Position numbers and translations under genes: made by a program. Below are positions 11,839-23,406 of a stretch of 64,000 bases of DNA, piece after piece. Source of the stretch: Antedon mediterranea (taxonomy: Eukaryota > Animalia > Echinodermata); contig NC_092678.1 in the NCBI RefSeq assembly GCF_964355755.1, positions 2,930,422-2,994,421 of the forward strand, in the 5' to 3' direction. The stretch's first letter is position 1. Each line of letters begins with the position of its first letter. Below the pieces are notes generated by a model, which worked only from the letters and a program-made list of their open reading frames with translations, did no database searches and had not been told where the DNA came from.

Positions 11839-12929
11839 TCTGACAGATTACATGATATAGCCAACTGATAATGCCAACTGATAAATTTAATTTTAGTCAC
11901 CTGTGGAAAGTCTCCAAAAAAGAGGATTGTGTATAAACTTGATCTCTTTTGTGTATGCATACAAGAACCAGTGCTCTCCCACTATTGAGGGTGTACAGAG
12001 TTGTTTTCCAGTTGGAATTAAACACCATGAAAGCCTGATGGTCTAATCAAGATGAAGTGCTTTTAGATATTGTTGGGGACTTTCATCATATATATATTTT
12101 TACATATTAGAGTATCTCAATATTAGAATTTAATTATTTTCTTACAGATAATATCAGTATAGTAGAATATATAATTGTACTGAAAAAAAAAATACCTTAT
12201 CAATGCATATTCCGGTATAAGTCCATCACTAAATGATGACTTGATTTGTCTAATGGACAATGTGTAACTTATCATTTTTGTGACAAAATCAGCAAAATCA
12301 TATATTACGAATATCTATTAAAAGATTTATAGGAATAAAGTCAATATTTAGAGATAACAGTACAATATCATAGTTTTATTTTCATCATTTTGTATTCATA
12401 GACTTTACACATTTCTAGCTTTAAACTATCCCTTTCAATTTATTTATTTTTTACCTTTGACATAAATTATGATGTCATACTTTATCTATTTAACTGAATG
12501 ATTGGTGTGCATTTAAACAGTGTATGGAATATAAATTCTATCCACTGTTTAAATGCAGAGCACCGTGTGATTAGTAAGGCTTCCATACTAACGCACATAA
12601 AAGAAGAACTACAGTTTTGTTTAGTAAATAAACATGTTGAATACTCAGCTAAGTATACAATATTTAATGTATTATTTGCTAGTGAAACAAAATATCTTCT
12701 GCAGAAAAAAAAATGTTAAAATACGATTGAATTATATTTAAAAAATTATAGAAAAAATAAATATAAAAAATAAATTAATTGAATTTGTTTCCAAAATATT
12801 CTTCAAGAAACTTAATATATTCACAAAATTTAATTTATTCTACATTAATGGAATATTCCACTTAAGGAAGTTAACTTTGAAAATTCAGAAGTTTGAGAAT
12901 TGAGCATCAGATGATTACCAATTGCAGCT

Positions 12930-14486
12930 ATGGGAGGAGATAAACTTGTTGATATTTTGTGGATAATTTCACTTATAACAAACATTGTGCCAACAACACA
13001 AGAGCAATATAGAGGACTTGTGACAGCAGAATCACCTGAAACTGTATATGCTAATGAAGGTGATATATTTGATTTCAAATGTTCTGATCAAACTTTGACA
13101 GAGGAACATTACATTGTCTGGATCAGAAAAGATTACTATACTGAAGATAATGCAGAGATTTACAGAAATGGAATGTTGCTGACCTCTGACCTTGGACAAG
13201 AAGCACTGGCCTACTCACTTAACAACTCTACCAAAGCTGAATTTACAATAACAATTGAAAAAGGACTTAGGCATATTCTCCGCTTCAAAAATTATAGATG
13301 TGTAGCAATAGCAACTAGTACTGGTAATGAATTATTAACGGGTTATGTCGTTTTTTATGTATATTTTCCACCGCCAGCGCCTTATCCCCTTTGTACTTCT
13401 ACTGGTTTTCAGAGAGATTTAGTTGGCCAAACTGCTACCTTGACCTGTAAAACACAGCAAGCTAATCCACTACTATGGATTCAATGGTGGAGAAATGAAG
13501 TCATGGTTTCGAGTAGAAATGTTGCATTTTTGAGTGGAGAGAGGTTTACAGAATATCCATTGGATTATAACTTTATTCTTCAACAAGAAGATTTAGATGC
13601 AACATACCAATGCAGAGTAACATGGTGGGGCCCGGGGGATATTACAACGTGTACAGCAGAAGAAACATCACAGACAACAATATTACCAACAGAACCAATA
13701 ACAGACCCAGAAACATTGACGACAAAAGCCAGCAAAACTACTTGGTATCAAACAAATATTGCATCAACATCGATTGTTTCAACAATTAGCAGAAATACAT
13801 TGACTCCACCAACAATCCATCAGACAACATCTAAAATGGAAGTTGCTACAACTTCTGATAAGTCAATAATTAGCAGAAACACATTGGCTACACCAACATT
13901 TTATCAAACAACATCTACTACAACTTTAACTTCACAGTTTTTAATCATTGGATTGTCTCTTGGTGCAGTTATTGTTCTTCTACTGATATTCCTAATAATC
14001 TCATTACTGTACAAGAGAAATCCTAGAAATCAGATGCTAAACAATGGTGTTGCTGAAGTAACTGACATATACAACAAATCAATTGAAATGAACACTGAAC
14101 ATGTCTATAATGATGTTGCTGAAGAAAAAGAACATGTCTATAATGATGTTGCTGAAGAAAAAGAACATGTCTATAATGATGTTGCTGAAGAAAAAGAACA
14201 TGTTTATAATGATGTTGCAAAAGAAAAAGAACATGTCTATAATTATGTTGCTGAAGAAAAAGATCATGTCTATAATTATGTTGCTGAAGAAAAAGAACAT
14301 GTCTATAATGATGTTGCTGAAGAAAAAGAACATGTCTATAATGATGTTAAGGAAGAAAATAACAAGGAACATGTATATTACAATGATGCAGGAGATAAGG
14401 TCTACATTAATACTACCACATCTGGACATAAGGCTAATAAGAAACAGGTAGAAGATATAAAGTATGAGATTACATTGCCATCATAA
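12930..14486 (+). CDS. Ig receptor R5, class B, expanded Tyr-repeat tail
   Basis: 518-aa ORF; eight EHVYN(D/Y)VAEEK-type repeats plus a partial ninth. Confidence 0.9.
   Translation: MGGDKLVDILWIISLITNIVPTTQEQYRGLVTAESPETVYANEGDIFDFKCSDQTLTEEHYIVWIRKDYYTEDNAEIYRNGMLLTSDLGQEALAYSLNNSTKAEFTITIEKGLRHILRFKNYRCVAIATSTGNELLTGYVVFYVYFPPPAPYPLCTSTGFQRDLVGQTATLTCKTQQANPLLWIQWWRNEVMVSSRNVAFLSGERFTEYPLDYNFILQQEDLDATYQCRVTWWGPGDITTCTAEETSQTTILPTEPITDPETLTTKASKTTWYQTNIASTSIVSTISRNTLTPPTIHQTTSKMEVATTSDKSIISRNTLATPTFYQTTSTTTLTSQFLIIGLSLGAVIVLLLIFLIISLLYKRNPRNQMLNNGVAEVTDIYNKSIEMNTEHVYNDVAEEKEHVYNDVAEEKEHVYNDVAEEKEHVYNDVAKEKEHVYNYVAEEKDHVYNYVAEEKEHVYNDVAEEKEHVYNDVKEENNKEHVYYNDAGDKVYINTTTSGHKANKKQVEDIKYEITLPS
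14097..14390 (+). repeat. 33-bp coding tandem repeat (tail of R5)
   Basis: gaacatgtctataatgatgttgctgaagaaaaa x8. Confidence 0.95.
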
Positions 14487-15235
14487 TCACCTGACAGACG
14501 ATAATGACAACTTGTAATAACAAATCTTAAACCTAATAAACACAGGAATATTAGTATACACACTTACTTTTTAACATCTGGTTATACTGCCTTTAGTGTG
14601 TAAAAACCATTAATACATGACTCAAAATTTCTTATGAGAACATTTGTGATTTTACAAACTGTTTCTACTACACAAAGCTACAATATGTACGATAAATCAA
14701 TTTATTGATAAAATAAAGAAATTTATATAACACCTAAATAGATTTCTGTCATATATGAAAGGACGATTGTGGGTCACATGAGGCATATATAAAACCTAAA
14801 TAGATTGTGACGATTGTGGGTGGATGACAAAAAGAGACATATATATTATCATGATTATCAAGTTTTAATTTTGGTTGGGGAACTTTTATTTTGCTCTTGC
14901 ATTTACTCATTATTATAACAACTGTGCAGTAGTTATAGCTGAATATATAATGGAACTGAAGGCAAATAATCTAACTGATGTAAATAAAGCATATTACAAA
15001 GTACAAGCCTATCACCAAAATAGCCGAGTAGTACTACAGTATTCCTGTAAGATGATTCATATAACCAACCTACTATATTTTGTACTCAACTTTGTTCATA
15101 TTTGACTCATACATGGTTTGAAATTGCTAAAAGAATCTAGTCTAGTCAAGCTAATTATAAAATACCTATAAACAAGAAAATGTATTCATTCATATTTATT
15201 TATTTTATTCAGTTGACACCCAACAGCGATGAAAC

Positions 15236-17592
15236 CAGCGGTGGCGCCAGGATCTTTCCGACGCGGGGGCTAAATTCCCCGACGGAGGGGCTATACGAGC
15301 GAAGCGAGCATCGCTAGGCTGGGGGCCAGGGGGCCGCCAAGGGCCCCCGGTGCAACGCGTTATATCGTAATTTGAGGCCGTTTTAATCAGATTTAGGGTA
15401 GCCAACTTTTTCCATTAGTATATAGATAAAATACTGTGCGATAAAACACATTGCACGAGATCCGATGCGATGACTGTGTAAATCCATTCTTTCAATTTTA
15501 AGAATGAAGTTCAATATGCATATCATAGAAAATATACGCGGGCCAAGATGTATATCGTTATAATCGCAGAGGCGTAGGCAGGTTGCTGTCTGGTGGTGGT
15601 GCGAAAATTGTAAATGCGCGAGACTAACACCCATGGGGTGATCTGTAAGAACATTTTGAAAAATAGAGCTGCTAGGTCCCCGGAAATTGCAATTATACAT
15701 TGATATATGAAAACAAATTACAAGTCTACCAGAGAACCATCCCACCGAGGTTGAGATAGAGCTAAGAACATTTAAACAAGTACAGTTGTTAGGTCCCCGG
15801 AAATTGGATTATAGTATTTCGAAAAAAAAGAAACAAAATATATACGTCTCCAGGACCAGCTACCATTAGGGATGAGCTGCCAAGAAAATTGTGAAAAATA
15901 GAACTGCTAGGTACCTGGAAATTGCACTTATATAGGCCCATATTGATAAATGAAACGAAATTATAAGTCTACAGGACCAGCCCGCTATGGATGGTTGGGT
16001 GAAGCTAAGAAAATTTTGAAAAATAGAGCTGCTAGGTCCCTGCAAAACATTGAAATACGAAACGAAATTATAGGTCTACAGGACCAGCCCACCATGGTTG
16101 GGGTGGAGCTAAGAACATTTTGAAAAATAGAGTTGTTAGGTCCCAAAAATTAACGTATTATACTTCGAAGCATAAAACAAAATATATACCGGTACGTCTC
16201 CAGAACCAGCCCTAACATGGATATGGAAAAAAAATTGAAAAAAAAAGAGAGCTCTATGTTCCCAGACAATGCACTAACTGTATATTGTACATCGAAATAT
16301 GAAACAAAATGTATAAGTATCCATGACCAGCTCTATAATTGGGGACGATTGAGCTAAGACAATTTTGAAAACTAGAGCTGCAGGTCTTCAAAAACTACAC
16401 TTATGATTTTAAAAAATTCAGGCTTAAAGGCCTAAAAAAGTCCCCCTTTTTACCTTTTATTTGGAGGGGAATGCATCCGCAAGCGTAGACCATTTTCCTT
16501 CGGGGAAAATCAGTTTATTTCCCAGATGTGAATCTGGAATTTCGATGTATGATGAGCAGTTCATGACATACAGGACATTGGAAATTATGTAATAACTTAG
16601 CTTCGTCAATGTCATTAATAAGATAGAGAAAATTCAAAGAAGGGCAAGTCGATTTATCCTTCATCAACGAATCTTAGATCAGCCATATTCTGACCAATTA
16701 ACTAGATTGAATTTGATGACAGCCGAATCAAATCGAGATTATTTTACCGTTATGACTTTTAAACATCTTGCATCCAAAACTGATAGTGGAAAGTATTGTA
16801 TCCCAACCAGATTTATTCGTCTGTGGAATACACTACCGGTCAATATTACAGACGCCTTTGTTTGCGGAAGTTGGGTACAATTTAAAAACATGTTAATGGA
16901 CCACTTTAAAAACACTATGCCTCTTTAATGTATATAATCATAGTATTTATATTACTTATTTACATTGTTTTATGTTTTATTGTATGCTTTGAGTGCTGGT
17001 GTGGCACGCCTTATGGCGACAGTGATCCTTCGACCTCTTTTGCCACTCCTTGGCACACTCAAAGTCTATGTATTGTTTTAATTGCTAAAATTAATAAAAT
17101 AAAATAAAAATAAATAAATAAATAAGTATAATAAGATGCTGGAAAAATGTTTGTTTAGTGCGAGTGTTAGGCGAGCCTACATAATTCGTACCCTTTTGCT
17201 GTATAGCGTACGTCGATACACAGTTCACAATGTAACGCTTCGGTAAAGTTCGCCTGGATACTAACAGTACACATTCTGGTCCCTGGATGGAACATGATAT
17301 CACGCGTAAACCGCAATGGGCCGGGCCCAATGTTAAACGATTCGTACAAAGGGACACCGCCAGACAAGTGCGTACCTATTGTTTATTAGATCACCGGCAA
17401 TAATGCATGCAAAAAAGTGTAATAGCTCTCCGTCCGATGTACTAAAAAAATGTAATGTCATGGTTTTCTAGGCGCTGAAGCTACGAAGTGAAAGCGAATG
17501 ATTTTTACTGTATATTATATTCCCCGACGAAAAGTACTCGCGTTCCCCGACGGGGGGCTGGGCTCCCCGACGAGGGGGCTACAGCCCCCGTA
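15236..17592. mobile_element. Non-autonomous DNA element (hAT-like left end), right end eroded
   Basis: Starts cagcggtggcgccagg; ttccccgacg...ggggggct subterminal motifs at both ends; internal ~120-130-bp repeats (gaaaaatagagctgctaggtccc) at 15650-16400. Confidence 0.6.
16560..17125 (+). mobile_element. Decayed LINE (CR1/L2-group) 3' end nested in the DNA element
   Basis: Translates INKIEKIQRRASRFI...LTRLNL and RFIRLWNTLP, typical post-RT motifs; ends in an A-rich (ATAAA)n tail. Confidence 0.7.
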
Positions 17593-17922
17593 ACCTTTGA
17601 CATTCATATTTCTGTTTAGGAAAACAATTTTTCCATGTACACTTTTTTATGGAACAAATAGAGATTTTATTTGATTATTCAACTGCATAGAGCATCTTTA
17701 TATTTGATCATTACCAAATGAGCAATAATTTCAATGGAATGATAAATTAATCTTGTTCTGTTCAAATGAATGCTACACTATTATTTAGGCCCATTCTATG
17801 AAGGTAGATAAAAGAAGAATAGTTTTGTTGGCTATATAAACACACATAAAAGAGAAGTATATAATATTTGGTATATTCTTGGATAGTAAAACATCAAATA
17901 TCAAGTTCTTATGTGGAAAAAA

Positions 17923-18076
17923 GGATTATTTCACTAATAACAAACATTGTGAAACAACACAAGAGGAATCTAGACGACTTGTAACAGAAGACTCACCTAT
18001 ATCTACTGCTTCAAATTAAGGTGATATAATTGACTTCAAATGTACTGATGAATTTTTAAATGAGGAATATTACATC
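17923..18076 (+). pseudogene. 5' fragment of a receptor copy (signal peptide and start of Ig1)
   Basis: ggattatttcactaataacaaacattgtg...caagaggaatctagacgacttgt...ggtgatataattgacttcaaatgtactgat matches paralogs. No ATG, a frameshift and a stop; preceded by a decayed upstream block (~17600-17920). Confidence 0.8.
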
Positions 18077-18617
18077 TCGTCTAATCAAAGATAACGTATT
18101 GTTCTAGTTTTAATTGTGGTTGGAAAACGTTTATATTGTTTCGTAGACTTGCATCCCTTGCTATTGTATAAAGCATGTATGAAATATAACAAATGTGCAA
18201 TAAAGTACAGTAATTTCAATGCTGTTCAAATTAGTGAATTAATCATGCGTTGATCTGTCATACTATTTTTGCGACACATGGTAGGTAAACAAAGGCATAT
18301 AAAAAGTTCATTGAAGTATACAATACTTTTGATATGTATATTCTTAATTTCTACACAAAATATAAACAGTTCTTTGCAGGTAAAAAGATTCATACTGTAC
18401 TTTAATATAAATAACCAATCAATAACATTTAATACCCATAGGAATTTTTTTTTTTAATTGTTTACAAAAACAAAATTATTTACAACATATTTTTGGCCAG
18501 AAATATTTATTTTAAAACCAAAATGTGTATTCTACAGTAATGGAATATTCTATTTAAGGAAGTTAATTTCTAATATTAGTTTGACAATTGAGCATTAGAT
18601 TATTACAAACTTCAGTC

Positions 18618-19685
18618 ATGGTGGGAGATAAACTTGTTGATATTTTGTGGATTATTTCACTTATAATAAACATATTGCAAACAAATCAAGAGGAATCTAG
18701 ACGACTTGTGACAGGAAAGAAATTTATTGATGCCACTGAAGGTGATATACTTGACTTCAAATGTACTGATCAAACTTTTATGCAGGAACATTACATCATC
18801 TGGTATAGAAAAATGGATGGATATGCTGAAGATGAAACAGAGATTTACAGAAATGGAACACTACTGACCTCTGACCTTGGAGAAGAAGCATTGGCATTTT
18901 CACTTAACAACGCCAATGGAATTGAATTTACAATAACCATTGTACGAGGGCTTGAACATTTTATACACTTAAATATTTATAGATGTGAAGTAATAGCAAC
19001 TAATACTGGTAATGAATTAATAGATATAACTGGTTATGTCATTTTGTTAGTAGAATATCCACCCCCAGCACCATATCCTCTTTGTACTTCTATTGGTTAT
19101 CAGAGTGATTTAATTGGACAAAATGTTACCTTGACCTGTATAACACAGTCAGGTAATCCAACAATAACTATTCAATGGTGGAGAAATGAAGTCATGGTTT
19201 GGAATGGAAATGTAACATATGATAGTCACTTGAGATTTAAAGAGTACTCATTGGACTATGCCTTCGATCTTCAACAAGAAGATTTGAATGCAACATACCA
19301 ATGTAGGGTCACATGGAAGGAGGATGTTACAACATGCAATGTACAGGAAACATCTCGGACAACAATATTACCAACAACAGAACCAGCGGAATTGGCAACA
19401 AAAACCATAAATCAGACAAATATTGCATCAACATCGTCTTTAACCATTGGATTGTCAATTGGTGCAGTTATTGTTCTTCTTCTAATACTACTAATAATCT
19501 TATTACTGTACAAGAGAAATCAGACGCCAAATAATGCTGTTCAAAAGACGGAAGATGTCACTGAAGTAACAGACATCTACAACAAACCAATTGAAATGAA
19601 CAAAGACCATGTCTATAATGAAGTTGCTGAAGAAAAAGAGCATGTCTATATAAATTATGTCAAGAGAGAAATGAACAAGGTATGA
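18618..19685 (+). CDS. Ig receptor R6, class B, short stalk
   Basis: ATG at 18618 aligns with paralog starts (MVGDKLVDILW); TM GLSIGAVIVLLL; tail DHVYNEVAEEKEHVY. Confidence 0.88.
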   Translation: MVGDKLVDILWIISLIINILQTNQEESRRLVTGKKFIDATEGDILDFKCTDQTFMQEHYIIWYRKMDGYAEDETEIYRNGTLLTSDLGEEALAFSLNNANGIEFTITIVRGLEHFIHLNIYRCEVIATNTGNELIDITGYVILLVEYPPPAPYPLCTSIGYQSDLIGQNVTLTCITQSGNPTITIQWWRNEVMVWNGNVTYDSHLRFKEYSLDYAFDLQQEDLNATYQCRVTWKEDVTTCNVQETSRTTILPTTEPAELATKTINQTNIASTSSLTIGLSIGAVIVLLLILLIILLLYKRNQTPNNAVQKTEDVTEVTDIYNKPIEMNKDHVYNEVAEEKEHVYINYVKREMNKV

Positions 19686-19834
19686 TAAGTTATAAAGTAT
19701 GAGATTACATTGCCATCATAATCACCTCACAGATGATGACAACTGATAATAACGAATCTTAAATATAGTAAACACTGGAATATTATTTTACACAGTTACC
19801 TGTTAACATCTGGGTATACTGCCTCTAGTGTTTC

Positions 19835-20043
19835 AAAAGAGAAACCATGAAAATCAGACACCAAACAATAGTGATCAAACAATGGCAGGTGTCACTGAAG
19901 TAACAGACATCTACAACAAACCAATTGAAATGAACACAGAACATGTGTATAATAAAGTTGAAGAACATAATAATACTAAGGAAGAAAAAAACATGTTTGT
20001 TGCAATGAGCCAGAAGATGCAGTTTACCAAATCAAAAGATTAA
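19835..20043 (+). pseudogene. Orphan class B cytoplasmic-tail fragment
   Basis: KRNHENQTPNNSDQTMAGVTEVTDIYNKPIEMNTEHVYNKV with no ectodomain or TM, joined to the 3' flank of R6. Confidence 0.8.
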
Positions 20044-21005
20044 AAAAACAAAAAATGCCAATGTCATTTCATGTTAGTCACCTGAATAGAACTCTGAAAA
20101 GATGATTGTATATCAATTTGATCTCTTGTGAGCAAGATTACAAGAACTGGTGCTCTAACTGTAGCTCATTGAGGGTTTACAGAGTTTAATTGTCTATGGC
20201 ATCAAATTCCATAGAAGCTCTGTGGGTCTAATCAAGATGAAGTGTCCTAGTTATAATTTTGGTTGGGGAATTTTTATCATATTATTCTCACTTTATACTT
20301 ATAGCATTTAATCATTATCTTACTAAATATCTGAACATTTTAGTGGTATATATAATGGCTCTGAAAAAAACCAAACATACTACTAAAGTATATCTAGAGG
20401 TATACTGTAAGCCCACCACAATATAATAATATATATATAATACAATAACAATAACAATAACAATAATAGGCTATGAAACGACTATTGATAAATAAATTTA
20501 CAGTAACACTGTACACGTATAATTGGAGTGTCATTTGTTTTCATAGACTTGCATGTCCACTACTATATAAAGCATATATATGTATGTAATACACCAAATG
20601 AGCAAACATGTAAATGATGTCATAACTGAGCGATTAACCAGGTGGAGCGTAAAAGTATTTCTAAGACACATTGTATTTACAAAGGTAAACAAAGGTATAT
20701 AAAAGGTTCACTAAAGTATATGATACTTATGATATGTATACTCTTTTCTAGACGAAATATAAAAAAGTTCTTTGCAGGTAAAAATATTCCTACTGTACTT
20801 TAACATAAATCATAATAACCAATCAATAGCATTTAATTACCCATAGGAATTAAACAAAATTGTTTAATTTATTTACAAAATATTCTTGGCCAGAAATATT
20901 TATTTTAAAAGCAATATTATAGATTAATGGAATATTCCATTTAAGGAAGTTAATTTGTAATATTCAGTTTGACAATTGAGTATTAGATTATTATGAATTG
21001 CAGTC

Positions 21006-22331
21006 ATGGTGGGAGGTAAACTTGCTGATATTTTGTGGATTATTTCACTTATAATGAATGTATTGCAAACAAATCAAGAAGAATCTAGACAACTTGTGAC
21101 AGGAGAATTACAAAATGTTTTTGAAGCTACTGAAGGTGATATATTTGACTTAAAATGTACTAATCAATCTTTGACAGAGGAACATTACATCATCTGGTAT
21201 AGAAAAATTGATGGATTTTCTGAAAATGAAAAAGAGATTTACAGAAATGGAACACTACTGACCTCTGACCTCGGAGAAGAAGCATTGGCATTTTCACTTA
21301 ACAACGACAATGAAATTGAATTTACAATATCAATTGCAAGAGGGCTTGGACATTTTATGCACTTAAATGTTTATAGATGTGAAGTAATAGCAACTAGTAC
21401 TGGTAATGAATTAATAAATAAAGGTGGTTTTGTCATTTTGTTAGTAGAATATCCACCACCAGCACCATATCCTCTTTGTAGTTCAACTGGTTATCAGAGA
21501 GATTTAATTGGACAAAATGTTATCTTGACCTGTACAACACAGCTAGGTAATCCGACCATACTCATTGAATGGTGGAGAAATGAAGTCATGGTTTGGAATG
21601 GAAATGTAACATATGATAGTAACTTGAGATTTAAAGAGTACTCATTTGACTATGCTTTCAATCTTCAACAAGAAGATTTAGATGCAACATACCAATGTAG
21701 GGTCAAATGGAGGGAAGACGTTACAACATGTACAGTACAGGAAACATCTCTGACAACTATACTACCAACAACAGATGGAAACACAACCTCTACCAATGGA
21801 CCTAAAGAATCTCAAGTCAGCATAATAATATATCTATTTGCTATTCCAACCGTTATTTGCATTTGTCTTCTAGTTGCAATTTGTGTTGTCTTGAAAAAAC
21901 AAGCTGGAAAAGGTGGTGATATAGTACAGATGAAGTATTGGAAAAACCACAAAAACCTACAACAGAATTCAGGTAAGAGTCATGGATTATACAGAGAGTC
22001 TAATTCCATGTATGATGGATCAGCTACAAAGAATCAACCACAATTTATGATACAGCCAGATCTGAAGACATCATCTAACACACGCAATAGAAGCGGCACC
22101 TATGCTCAAGTAGTTCCAAAATCAATAAGAAATTCCAAATTACAGCAAGATAAGGAATATCCTACAGAAGATGACAATGGTATGGTTGATAATAACATAT
22201 ATGAAGGTGGGTTTGAAGTTACTAAATCACAGAATGGAAGCTTGAGAATTTCCAATATGCAGCAAGATAAGGAGTCAGAATGCCCATCGGATGATGATGA
22301 CCATGTAATGGAGGAGGAGTGTAATCTATGA
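21006..22331 (+). CDS. Ig receptor R7, class A, short stalk
   Basis: 441-aa ORF; TM IIIYLFAIPTVICICLLVAICVVL; tail NSMY, GTYAQVV, DNNIYEG. Confidence 0.9.
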   Translation: MVGGKLADILWIISLIMNVLQTNQEESRQLVTGELQNVFEATEGDIFDLKCTNQSLTEEHYIIWYRKIDGFSENEKEIYRNGTLLTSDLGEEALAFSLNNDNEIEFTISIARGLGHFMHLNVYRCEVIATSTGNELINKGGFVILLVEYPPPAPYPLCSSTGYQRDLIGQNVILTCTTQLGNPTILIEWWRNEVMVWNGNVTYDSNLRFKEYSFDYAFNLQQEDLDATYQCRVKWREDVTTCTVQETSLTTILPTTDGNTTSTNGPKESQVSIIIYLFAIPTVICICLLVAICVVLKKQAGKGGDIVQMKYWKNHKNLQQNSGKSHGLYRESNSMYDGSATKNQPQFMIQPDLKTSSNTRNRSGTYAQVVPKSIRNSKLQQDKEYPTEDDNGMVDNNIYEGGFEVTKSQNGSLRISNMQQDKESECPSDDDDHVMEEECNL

Positions 22332-23149
22332 ACTACAGAAATAACACTAATAATATATTTATATATTCAAATTCTATTTATGTAACAATTTGATCTGAAA
22401 ATTGTTTATGTCAACTTAAAACAAGTAAATATAGATATAGAAATATTGAGTAACGATTTTACACACCTACTGTACAGTTGATTTGATTTTCTTTTTGTCT
22501 AATTAAATAACTAGTAGTACTGATACTCATATATTAGACAAATTTTTATATAAGTAAAAACATCAACTAGTGATGTTACAAACTGTCTCTAATATTTACT
22601 AAAGTAAGCTACATACATATGTATGTATTACATTATTGCCAAGATAAAGGCATCATCGAGAATTTTCTTGTACTTTATAGAGGGTGAAAACAGTTGCTTT
22701 CCAGTTGCATTTAATCAAGATGAAGTGTCATAATTTCATTCTTATTCTAAGATTTTCTTAATTCCTAGTATCTTACTATTCATACACATGAAAACTTATG
22801 AATGAGACTAACAGTCTATGCTGATGCAAATGTAAGCCCATCCTGGGGTACAGCTCACACCAAAACTATAATAATATTGATGTAAGATAATTCATATGAC
22901 TGACTTACTACATTCTATATTCAAGAAGATGCTAATCCAATTCAGTGTAAAGTTGGAAAAAATATTCCACTTGACCTAATCTATGAAACAAATATTAACA
23001 AATAAATATACAGTAATACTGTACAAGTATAAATGTAAATAAAACATATTATTATAGTATTATCTTTTTGTATTCATAGGCCTAGATCTTCCTCACTTTA
23101 AGGTACAAAATCTAAATCTATCTAAATATGGCTTGTGACAGTCAGCTGT

Positions 23150-23406
23150 ATGAAGCATACAATATTAAATACACAAAATGAGTAATATCAAAAAGAGTGA
23201 ATTAATCAGGTGGTGGTTATAAATATACTATTCTATACACTGTTTAAATAAAGGGTGCCACACTATTTTTAAGATCGATTGTGTTATAAATGTAAACAAA
23301 GGAATATAAAAGGCTCACTGAGGTATACAATACTTTTATTTATGGAGATGTGATTGATGTTACTGAATCACAGAATGGAACAATTCCCTTAATTGATTAA
23401 GTGTTC
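23150..23406 (+). pseudogene. Collapsed copy: upstream block fused to the last codons of a class A gene
   Basis: gtaaacaaaggaatataaaaggctcactgaggtatacaatactt runs directly into atttatggagatgtgattgatgttactgaatcacagaatgga...attgattaagtg, matching tail ends of R8-R10. Confidence 0.75.

Noticed and set aside
18588-18617. N-terminal extensions from TTG/GTG starts (18588, 23944, 26108, 29275)
   Set aside because: Artefacts of alternative start codons; the paralog-aligned ATGs are 18618, 23974 and 29305.
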